From positions 248,001 to 312,000 of the forward strand of contig CDROCS010000410.1 in assembly GCA_977020255.1 (NCBI GenBank): DNA of 64,000 bases, given 5' to 3'. The notes under the pieces were generated by a model, which was not told the DNA's origin, ran no database searches, and was given only the letters and a program-made list of their open reading frames with translations. Both the position numbers and the translations under genes were made by a program. Shown piece by piece: positions 46,681 through 55,364 of the stretch. Position 1 is the stretch's first letter. Each line of letters begins with the position of its first letter. This stretch comes from Obrimoposthia wandeli (Eukaryota).

Positions 46681-49007
46681 GAGCGCACCACGTTCAACTT
46701 CATGCCATTTACCGCAACGTCAAGCGGGGTTAATATCAGTTTATCGCCAGCTTTTAAGCCACCAGTAATATACACTTGATCTTTACCTTGATGAAGGACG
46801 TCAACGAGGACAATGCTAAGTCGTTGGTCGGCGCCCAACAGCCATACTTTATTATCATTTCGCAATGCTAAACGCGGAATAATCACCACGTTGTCAAACT
46901 CACGACCAGCGATTTCGGCAGTAACAAATCGCCCAGGTTGTAAATACAAGGGTTGTTCCGGATCGTTTAATACCTCAGCAACCACATATTGTAATCGATT
47001 CTCAGCTAAGCCTCCTTCAGTCCCCGTAATAGTCCCTTGCCATTGAAAACGTGCATTATTAACACTCACCGAGAGGGTAACGCGAGGTTTTTTGATTGCA
47101 GGTTCAGCCGCTACCGTATTTTTATCATGCGTAAATGCTGAGACTTTAAAGGGCAGATCCATCAAGGTTAAATATTTATCAGCAACAGGCAGTCGCACAT
47201 GCATTGTATCTAACGCGTATATTTCGCCAATGATTTCGCCTGAGTTAACTAATTGACCTCGGCCAACATCAGCCGTTTTAACACGACCTGAAAACGGCGC
47301 TTTAATAACGGTACGTTCTAATTTTATATTGGCTAAACGTAAGTCAGCTTTAGCCGCCTTAACCCGGCTTTTCGCATCATTAATTTGCGGAATGTGGCGA
47401 GCAAAATTAGTTGCCTTGCTAGAGACTCCACGTCGAGCCACATGGGCTTTTGCTTTAGCCTCAGCTAAGTGCAGTAACGCACCATCTACGGCCTGCTGCT
47501 TTTTAATCACTTCAAGTTGGTATGCTTCATCGTCCATCGATAACAACACATCGCCAGCATTAAAATAGCCACCAGCAGTAAAGCTATCAGCAACAGATTT
47601 AACGTTTGCAGTCACTTCAGAATTAAGGCTAATTTGCGTTTTAGCGGCGACGATACCACGGCTGAAAATAGGGATTATCGCGTTATCAAAAGCCACATCC
47701 ATATAGCGAACGGATGGGAAACGATTAACTTCTGGATTGATTTGGCTCTGTGGTCGAATGACAGATAACAGGGTCATACAAATCACAGTAAATGCCATAA
47801 TCGAAAGTGGGATTGATACTTTTTTATGGCGAATAAATAATAACTGCCCTTGTCGCCAATATGGTAATAACGTGTCTTTAGCTTGCAGTACACCTTTTTC
47901 TATTTTAGGTAATAGATACTGCTTTAACTTGCTGGGTTTACGCTGCTTTTTTGACTTAGTTTTTAATTTAGCCTCTAGCTTAACAACTGCAATTTCTTCT
48001 GGAACCAGTAAGTCACCTTGTAACAAATGCTGTTTCCAACACTGCATTACGGCTTCCGTTATAATGATATCGTCGGCTATATACGGGTGTAATTTCAACC
48101 CCAAAGACAGCTGTTCATGCCACAGTAAAATACCTGTCGAAACTGGATAGTTTTTAGTACCAATGCCACAACAAACCCACATGTCATCTTGGTTCATTGG
48201 TGGATTATTATCATCCTGAAGTGGCCAATTGCCTAAAAAGCTAAATGAACCAGCATAAAATTGGCGCTCACTGACATATTGGTAAATACGACGTACGCCA
48301 TTCTCACCAATAATTTTACCTATATGAGCCTGCCACCAAAGCTGCCAATGACTTTTGGATTTGATCTGTTGCTTCACTTGCAACTGGATATCGCGCGGTG
48401 CAATAGTATTGTTAAGTATGACATTGATACCAGAGGAGCAATTACCCGTTTCAGGGACATTGGGTAACGCCCCACGTAAGTTAACCGGATATAGCCAGTA
48501 GTAGTCTTGTTGGGATGCAAGAAGTTGCTCGGCGACAGCTCTGTTTAACGCCCAGAATAGATAAATATTCAGTGCGACTCTGTGCTTTTTAGCTAATTTT
48601 TTAACCTCGAGTGTTTCAGCTTTACTGAAGTACGTATTAACAATGGGGGCGTCATTACTGTATTGAGTCGTGTTATTGATTGCCGCATGATCGGGGAACG
48701 TAGCTTTCCAACGAATGGTTTTAGCCACATTAGACTTGCCACCAGCAAACAGCATTTTAACTTGCTGCCAATGAGACGGTGCAGTTTTGTCTGCGCTTTT
48801 AGGTAAGTTCACACAAGGGTAATCATGCTCACGCAAGATAGTGGTTAGCCCACCTAATCCATCCATTTGACTGTGCGAAAATTCAAACCAATTAATGTCA
48901 TCCGTGGTTTTATTTAGCAAGCCAACATTCATTCGGTCACCGATCCCAAACGCTTTACGTGCCTGAAACCACATTGCTATATAATCTTTATTCTGGCTAC
49001 TACTCAT
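46677..49007 (-). CDS. Fusion: N-terminal HxxxDG acyltransferase/condensation-like domain (about 330 aa), Lys-rich linker, TM anchor and RND periplasmic adaptor (MFP)
   Basis: FSHSQMDGLGG, PVNLRG, GNCSS, SFLG.W; then KVSIPLSIMAFTVICMTLL TM, G.V..V...F..GG.F..GD.L, RT.IKAPF.GRV, PGRFV.AEI.G. Confidence 0.88.
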   Translation of the reverse strand: MSSSQNKDYIAMWFQARKAFGIGDRMNVGLLNKTTDDINWFEFSHSQMDGLGGLTTILREHDYPCVNLPKSADKTAPSHWQQVKMLFAGGKSNVAKTIRWKATFPDHAAINNTTQYSNDAPIVNTYFSKAETLEVKKLAKKHRVALNIYLFWALNRAVAEQLLASQQDYYWLYPVNLRGALPNVPETGNCSSGINVILNNTIAPRDIQLQVKQQIKSKSHWQLWWQAHIGKIIGENGVRRIYQYVSERQFYAGSFSFLGNWPLQDDNNPPMNQDDMWVCCGIGTKNYPVSTGILLWHEQLSLGLKLHPYIADDIIITEAVMQCWKQHLLQGDLLVPEEIAVVKLEAKLKTKSKKQRKPSKLKQYLLPKIEKGVLQAKDTLLPYWRQGQLLFIRHKKVSIPLSIMAFTVICMTLLSVIRPQSQINPEVNRFPSVRYMDVAFDNAIIPIFSRGIVAAKTQISLNSEVTANVKSVADSFTAGGYFNAGDVLLSMDDEAYQLEVIKKQQAVDGALLHLAEAKAKAHVARRGVSSKATNFARHIPQINDAKSRVKAAKADLRLANIKLERTVIKAPFSGRVKTADVGRGQLVNSGEIIGEIYALDTMHVRLPVADKYLTLMDLPFKVSAFTHDKNTVAAEPAIKKPRVTLSVSVNNARFQWQGTITGTEGGLAENRLQYVVAEVLNDPEQPLYLQPGRFVTAEIAGREFDNVVIIPRLALRNDNKVWLLGADQRLSIVLVDVLHQGKDQVYITGGLKAGDKLILTPLDVAVNGMKLNVVRS

Positions 49008-49120
49008 CGGTTAGCTTCCTTGTTAACCAAACTGAATGCCTCGAAAAAATCGAAACTTTAAAATTTAAACCTTTAGCTTTAACCTTTAGCCTTTAACCTC
49101 GTCCTTTACAACCTAGCCCT

Positions 49121-50278
49121 TTACAACCTGGCAGGTTCTAAATACAAGGGATATGTTTTGTCAAAATTAGCGCGTGGATCATCGTGATAACTAGCAATGA
49201 AATGTTTGCTATGCAGTACTTTAGAACGATATTGTTCGAGAATATGCTGACGGGTATCTATCGAGGGTAATCCGCATACTAACGCCTGATAGTTTTGCGC
49301 TAAACAATCATTATAAATATGCTCTAATAACCGTGAAAATAACTTTTCATCATCATTAATGACTAACAAGCTATGCAGCGACACATAACTGAGTTTATCT
49401 CCGGATTTCGGTAGCATCATGCCGCCGAACAATGTCGAGTAAGCATTATTAAGTAAGCGCACCACAGCCATCAATTTACTGTAAGCGACAAAACGCGTTT
49501 GTTTAAAGCTGCTTTGATCCCAAATACCAGCCATTGCGACAAGTTGGTTACCTTCGAACATCAAGTAATAATTACTGATGACGAGTCCTCGGTAATACTC
49601 ATCGCCATTTAATAATTTAATAAAATCATAATGCGGATAAAACTGTTTAGTCTTAGCTTGCTGCTCAAAGAAGACTTGCATCAATTCAATATCATTATGA
49701 TCCGCTTTACGGATGTTAAACTTACTTTCTTGATTTGAATGTGGCAAAGAACGAGGCCTACTTATAAGAGATTTAGCTATACGAGGCCTAGTTATACGAG
49801 GTCTAGTTAAATACAACATATGCGTTGTCATCTCACCAAAATCATAATACGTAGGCGTGATACTACGTCCGCTGCCGATTGAATTTAAAGAAGCATTGTT
49901 ATCACTCAGGATCACGGTCTGCATCCAATCACGACCCATCGCTTGGCGATAACATTTCAAAAGATTAAAGAGAGTCCGACCACTTTTGAAGTCAGGGTGG
50001 ATCCGTAAGTCATTACCATAACGTACTTGCTGACGCTCACCATTCACATAAACATCACGATGACCAATACTAAAGATTGCGGCAACACGTTCGCTTTCAC
50101 GCTCAATCGCAACCCAAACATCCGGTATCTGAGTCACTACTTTCGTGGCCATAAAAAAATCAGGCATGCGTTCAAAATTGATTGTAATTGCCCCGGCCTG
50201 AGGGGTTGCTGCAATTAATGCGATCAATTCATCAGAATCATTTGTTTGTGCTGGCCTTGTATAGAATCGGCTTGCCAT
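49121..50278 (-). CDS. Tandem GNAT-fold acyltransferase-like protein (NMT/FemAB-like architecture)
   Basis: R.A...D...L, YGNDLRIHPDFKSG, second GNAT-like half (IRKA...D, L.AMAGIWDQ..FKQ). Confidence 0.7.
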   Translation of the reverse strand: MASRFYTRPAQTNDSDELIALIAATPQAGAITINFERMPDFFMATKVVTQIPDVWVAIERESERVAAIFSIGHRDVYVNGERQQVRYGNDLRIHPDFKSGRTLFNLLKCYRQAMGRDWMQTVILSDNNASLNSIGSGRSITPTYYDFGEMTTHMLYLTRPRITRPRIAKSLISRPRSLPHSNQESKFNIRKADHNDIELMQVFFEQQAKTKQFYPHYDFIKLLNGDEYYRGLVISNYYLMFEGNQLVAMAGIWDQSSFKQTRFVAYSKLMAVVRLLNNAYSTLFGGMMLPKSGDKLSYVSLHSLLVINDDEKLFSRLLEHIYNDCLAQNYQALVCGLPSIDTRQHILEQYRSKVLHSKHFIASYHDDPRANFDKTYPLYLEPARL

Positions 50279-50352
50279 TGGTATTACCTCGACGACTTAA
50301 TGAAGCTTTATACGTTATTGTGATTACTGCCTATTTACTGCAACCTAACTGC

Positions 50353-52005
50353 CTATGCGGCAATCGCTTGAAGAAAGATATCCGGCATATCAACATCCCA
50401 AAGTACTAAAGGCTCAATTTTTATATTACCAACAACCATGCCGCGCGCTTCACAACGTGAATAATACAAATCACGCGCGTTCTGACTACAACATACTTTT
50501 AACGCATCCAGCTGACCAAGATCTCTTGCTAATTGGTAATGGAAGCAAGCCTGCAATTCAGCTTCGGCATTGGCAGCAACCTGCTGCATTTCCAGTTCGC
50601 TAATATGGCTATTCGGTTCACACAGTAAAAGATAAAATGGTTTTTCATGCGAGCTATTAGCCGGTACAGCAAAAACCGTGATAGCTGTTAATCGTGAGTC
50701 TTCCTCGGCGGTTTTCATCACTTCAAGCGCGATCTCTGGACTCATTTTTTCACCAACAAGATCAATACCATCCAAGCGACCTAAAAATTCAAAACAAGGA
50801 CAATCTTGCAGGAAACCACTGACACGTAATTTATCTTTCATCGCATATCGCAGTAAGCCACTGCCTGTAGTTAATACCGGTCTTACAAGCTGATCTTGTT
50901 TGAGTTTCCAAGCGGGTAATACCGCGTCAGTCTCAAGGTCAATAAATTCATAAAAATGACTGCATATGGCTAATGGATATTGCCCTTGGAAAGGAATAGT
51001 GACAACTCCCTCAGTAGCCCATAATCCCTTGCCTTGAAACTCCCCTTGTGGCAGTAAATCTTTCAATTTATTCGCCCACGTAGTAGATGACGATGTATCC
51101 CATGCGCTAACCAGCACCAATCGAGGCCAAATTTGTTGTAACAACTCAGCAGAAATACCGCCCTTCCATTGCAATAGCAACTCAGCAACACGTTGTGATT
51201 TAGGGCATTTCAATCCAGGTAATGCCGCAGCACGCTTACCCCACTTGCCTGTCGCCAATACCGATACCAGCTCTAATTTATGTTTAATAATATTATCAAA
51301 TAAGGTCAGTGCAAAAGTAGGACTCCACACCGACAGGAAACTTAACGACTTATCCGCCAGTAAATAACATAACGTGGCAAATTGAGAGTCTTCTGATGTA
51401 TCAGCTAAAGACACACCTTCAGGTACCGAACTGGTCACCCCCATAAATATCCTTTTCCACCAAGGCAGTAACTTCAAGTCGTCATTCACCGCACCAGATA
51501 TCGTCCGTCTTAATTCTGTCGGCACCCAAGACAATGACCAATAGTGCGTCCCTTTAAGCATGCCTGGATTATCTTTATACATATCCACCATCCAAGGCGA
51601 AATTGCAGCATCAAGTTCATTTAAAAATGACTGCGTATAAGGGATCCATTTTATTTTAGAGGTTGAGCCACTTGTCGGCTGAAATCGTTCATTCTCTTCA
51701 ATACTCAACTCTTGACTACTACCCGACCTGGCTTTTTCTATTTGTATTGCCCAATCGTCATATTCAGTGATAGGTACCTTACGAATAAACTCTTCATAAA
51801 ATAGCGAAGTCGATAGATTATATTTCTTACCTGATACACTTGGCGCGATCACTTTAAGCAATGAACTTAATTTTTCACGTTGCACTGCTTGCGGGTGCGC
51901 CAAGGCTTTACAAAATTGTTTGTATCCATACAAGCTCAATTTATTTGCTGCTTGATGAGTGAATTTATGTGCGAGCTTACGGGTGATGCTATTGATTAAC
52001 GCCAT
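50353..52005 (-). CDS. GH3 family acyl-acid amido synthetase
   Basis: VPITEYDD, FQPTSGST...KWIPYT, KGLWATEG..TIP, HFYEF, L.TGSGL.RY.M.D, F.GR......GEK. Confidence 0.9.
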   Translation of the reverse strand: MALINSITRKLAHKFTHQAANKLSLYGYKQFCKALAHPQAVQREKLSSLLKVIAPSVSGKKYNLSTSLFYEEFIRKVPITEYDDWAIQIEKARSGSSQELSIEENERFQPTSGSTSKIKWIPYTQSFLNELDAAISPWMVDMYKDNPGMLKGTHYWSLSWVPTELRRTISGAVNDDLKLLPWWKRIFMGVTSSVPEGVSLADTSEDSQFATLCYLLADKSLSFLSVWSPTFALTLFDNIIKHKLELVSVLATGKWGKRAAALPGLKCPKSQRVAELLLQWKGGISAELLQQIWPRLVLVSAWDTSSSTTWANKLKDLLPQGEFQGKGLWATEGVVTIPFQGQYPLAICSHFYEFIDLETDAVLPAWKLKQDQLVRPVLTTGSGLLRYAMKDKLRVSGFLQDCPCFEFLGRLDGIDLVGEKMSPEIALEVMKTAEEDSRLTAITVFAVPANSSHEKPFYLLLCEPNSHISELEMQQVAANAEAELQACFHYQLARDLGQLDALKVCCSQNARDLYYSRCEARGMVVGNIKIEPLVLWDVDMPDIFLQAIAA

Positions 52006-52014
52006 GCCATCCCC

Positions 52015-52806
52015 CTACTTAACTAAACGACGAGTTAAACTAATAAGTCCTAAATCCCAATTGATATTGTTTTTTTGCAATGTCTTGCTTAGTGATTTTC
52101 GTGCAAAATAGCTAAACATTGAGGCGTTAATTTGACCAATACAAGGTAGTTCCTTACCCTCACGCCAATTCGGATTACGGTCTTCAAAGAATCCAATTTT
52201 AGGTACAGTTCGTTTCAACTCTGAGGTTATCTCAGCCACTTCTCCACGTAGCTTTTGGTAATCGCCACCAAAATCTAAGATTTGCTGCTGCGCGTCGAAA
52301 TAACTTGGATACAGGTGTTCGCAATATTGATCGACAACTGATGATAATTCATCAAACTTGCCTTGGTGATGTGGATAATGTTTTGGGAAGTTATTGGCGA
52401 GTAATAAGTAAGTTTTATAACCTTTGGAAATAAGTAGCCAAAATAACGGCGTGAGTGGATCGCGTAGTTTTTCCTTTAATAACACTTTAACAAAACAGAT
52501 CATCGCCTTATTGGTTCCCCAATACTGGCGCTCTAAAATAGTATCACCACTAAAGATACCTTTAACCTCTCTGCCTTTCAGGTTGAAGCGTAACGTTTTT
52601 AACGTACTAAAACCGACAATGCGCTTTGATTTACTTTCGCGGATCAAAATCAAACCGTCTTTTTCAGACAAATCATCTATGAATGTTGAAAAATCCGCAT
52701 TGTGATAGTACTGAATAAAGAGCGTATGCATTTCCTTTACCTGCTGGATAGAAATGCGATCTAATGTAATGTAATCTGCTGATATCTTCTGTTTTGTCGT
52801 TTCCAT
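52015..52806 (-). CDS. GNAT-like protein of the GH3-associated family (likely start 52806, METTKQ)
   Basis: F..DL.EK, RIVGFST, FSGDTI....YWG, WLLISKGYKTY..L.N.F..HYP. Confidence 0.7.
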   Translation of the reverse strand: METTKQKISADYITLDRISIQQVKEMHTLFIQYYHNADFSTFIDDLSEKDGLILIRESKSKRIVGFSTLKTLRFNLKGREVKGIFSGDTILERQYWGTNKAMICFVKVLLKEKLRDPLTPLFWLLISKGYKTYLLLANNFPKHYPHHQGKFDELSSVVDQYCEHLYPSYFDAQQQILDFGGDYQKLRGEVAEITSELKRTVPKIGFFEDRNPNWREGKELPCIGQINASMFSYFARKSLSKTLQKNNINWDLGLISLTRRLVK

Positions 52807-53137
52807 TTGTGACCCAATCCTTGGCAAATGTGTAGGTGTAAGAATAAAAGTAAATGTACCCTCATTCAATCTCAAGCCATCCTTAGCTTGCTGTCTTTTA
52901 GATCATCCGGTGTGAAGGATTAAATCTGAAAGTAAAATGAATGTATCACTAAAATATGCTCGCTTGAAGACAATCAAAATACCTTAAAGAAGCATGATAA
53001 CCGGACATAGATTAGCGATAAAAGCTAGATTGACGAGTGGGAACAGTTCAAATTTAATCAAAGTCCCCATTAAACAGATAAATATGCCATAACTCTTATT
53101 TTACAAACTTCAGCTACGACAATTATATCTGTCTAGA

Positions 53138-53153
53138 AGTGACCGTTGTCACA
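53138..53153. promoter_or_regulatory. CRP-like site upstream of the GH3 operon
   Basis: AGTGA-CCGTTG-TCACA, one mismatch to TGTGA-N6-TCACA. Confidence 0.5.
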
Positions 53154-53341
53154 GGAAAATATGCATCGCTATAGAATAAAGGATCTAATTATTAATAAGT
53201 TAGCACTAGTATTAATTGGTACTTTTTAAATAGTAATCACAATGAGTTAACACGTAATGATGATTAGGAATGAGTCTTAACCATGACTCACATAGTCAAA
53301 TAAATGTAACCAAGGCTAGCAGCTAAAATTAATTCAGATAA

Positions 53342-53644
53342 TTAATGTTCATATTGGCAATTCCAACAAATATCAAATGAAGCATCATTTTGTTCGCTGC
53401 ACTGCTGACAAAGCCAATCAGGATCATCTGCTCTACTCTGCATTGCCGAAATAATCTCAAGCGCGCGTTCAAATTCATTATCATTAATAACCCAAAGTTC
53501 CATCCAAGCATCAAATGCAGATACTTCCCCTACTGCTCCAGATGAAAATTCGTTTTTAAGCACCACGTCAATGCTATGTGATTCGATGATATTTTTAACA
53601 TTGTTTACTAAAAAACCATTCTCATGGGTATAAATTAATTTCAT
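53342..53644 (-). CDS. DUF2007 family protein with C-terminal RanBP2-type Zn finger (likely start 53644)
   Basis: N.....I...LKNE, W.ELWV, W.CQQC.E.N..SF.ICWNC; GGAG SD. Confidence 0.85.
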   Translation of the reverse strand: MKLIYTHENGFLVNNVKNIIESHSIDVVLKNEFSSGAVGEVSAFDAWMELWVINDNEFERALEIISAMQSRADDPDWLCQQCSEQNDASFDICWNCQYEH

Positions 53645-53679
53645 CTGATTTACTCCATCTAGATCCAAGATATGATGCG

Positions 53680-53886
53680 TTAATCTTTATCGCGAGGTGC
53701 ACCTTCATCGCATTTTTTACAGCCAAGTTCAAAACCTAACATAGATTCACGACCTTCAATGGTAATAACCCAAGGGCGACAAAACCAAGGCGGATTGTGA
53801 CGTACATGCTGAAAATGATCGCAGGCGAGTTCAGCGACCCAATCATCCTCTTCATCTTTATGGTAACCAACAATTGGCTGCTGCAT
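53680..53886 (-). CDS. DUF3565 family protein (likely start 53886)
   Basis: IVGYH.DEE.DWVAELAC.H.QHVRH.PPW..RPWV....GR...LG..L.CKKCD. Confidence 0.88.
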   Translation of the reverse strand: MQQPIVGYHKDEEDDWVAELACDHFQHVRHNPPWFCRPWVITIEGRESMLGFELGCKKCDEGAPRDKD

Positions 53887-54150
53887 TATGTTCTCCAACA
53901 AAAGTTTCCAATAAAAGCCTTCAATAAAACCAGTAATAAAAGCTGTAATAGCACTAGCTATAATACCTTCATCGAATTTACACTAAATCACATCATAAAC
54001 GATATAGAATAATTGAGTAATGGTTATATTCTCAGTACAATATAGCCCTATTCGAAAATGTTAAGTAATTACCCATAACAGCGCATTAATGCCAACTTTC
54101 ATGCGTAAATACCACGAGTTCGTATCAATTTACACGATTAGGAATACATA

Positions 54151-54894
54151 ATGCTCGTCGAAACATTACTGCCCTTCATGGCCATTATTGCAGTTGCTAC
54201 CTATGTGCAAAGTGTCGCAGGCTTTGCTTTAGGCATGATAGTCATGGGCACAGTAACCACCTTTAATTTAGTGCCCATCGCGTTCACTTCAGTGGTGATC
54301 AGTTTTGTGACCTTGATTAATAGCATCTTTATTTTGAAAGGCTGTATGCAACAACTCAATAGACGCTTAGTGCTATTGACCGTTGCAGGGATGCTACCCG
54401 GTTTAATGATTGGCTTAACATTGCTTGAATACTTGAGCAGCGAATACAGCCAAATATTACAAAACATCCTTGGCATCGCGATTATTGGTGCTGGCATTAG
54501 CATGATTTTAAAATCACCACACAAAGATCGTAAACAATCTCATGAAGGCATGTTCCTTGGCGCGGGTACTGCGTCGGGCATTTTAACCGGACTGTTTAGT
54601 ATGGGCGGACCGCCACTGGTTTATATCTTCTATCGCCAACCTTTTACCCTTAATCTTATTCGTTTATATCTGCTAAGCATTTTCTTTGTTAGCTCAATAA
54701 GCCGTATCACTATGGTGGGTATTCAGGGAGGACTAACGAGTGACATGTTACTGTTCTCCGTTATTTGTATTCCCGTCGTATTGGGTATGAGTTGGGTTGC
54801 TAAACATTATCCACCACCGATTAGCCTAGATACCATGCGTAAATTCGCATTTTGTCTATTAATGATTATCGGTAGCAGCTTACTGTTTAGCTAA
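54151..54894 (+). CDS. Sulfite exporter TauE/SafE (TSUP) family membrane protein
   Basis: VQ.VAGFA.G, G..GGPP.V; about 8 TMs. Confidence 0.88.
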   Translation: MLVETLLPFMAIIAVATYVQSVAGFALGMIVMGTVTTFNLVPIAFTSVVISFVTLINSIFILKGCMQQLNRRLVLLTVAGMLPGLMIGLTLLEYLSSEYSQILQNILGIAIIGAGISMILKSPHKDRKQSHEGMFLGAGTASGILTGLFSMGGPPLVYIFYRQPFTLNLIRLYLLSIFFVSSISRITMVGIQGGLTSDMLLFSVICIPVVLGMSWVAKHYPPPISLDTMRKFAFCLLMIIGSSLLFS

Positions 54895-55364
54895 CATAAC
54901 TCAGGTATTTCCTTGCCTTGCTGACAATCACATAGTAATCAACCGTTATAGTGCATCAAAATACGCTCTAGCAAGGCATTAATACCAAGCTTTACCTTCC
55001 CTGCTTTTAGTACAAATAGGCAGACCATCTAACGTCATAAAGTTCAGCATATGATCAATCAAGGGTTGGACATCAGCAAACAGTCGTATCAAGATATTCA
55101 GGACTAGCGACAAAATGTAATATCTCACTGAGGACAGGACACGCCACAGCTGTGATTGCAGGTATATGGCGTCGGGTATCAAACCTCGCGCCCCTATTTG
55201 AATCGTAAATTAATAATATATTGATAGATACTTAACCTCTTGTATGCAATAAATGCCACGCCTAGAATACCCCTCTTTATGATAATCCAGACCTAATCTC
55301 ATCATGTTGATACGCACTCATTAAAATATGAATAAAGTTTATTTCACGTAATTATCCCAGTTGT

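Noticed and set aside
42132-52806. Calling the GH3 block an NRPS/PKS cluster
   Set aside because: No NRPS-type adenylation domain, carrier protein, thioesterase or ketosynthase is present
54979-55182. 67-aa minus-strand ORF between tauE and the Omp85 array
   Set aside because: TTG start, no recognisable motif; cannot be supported as a gene or pseudogene
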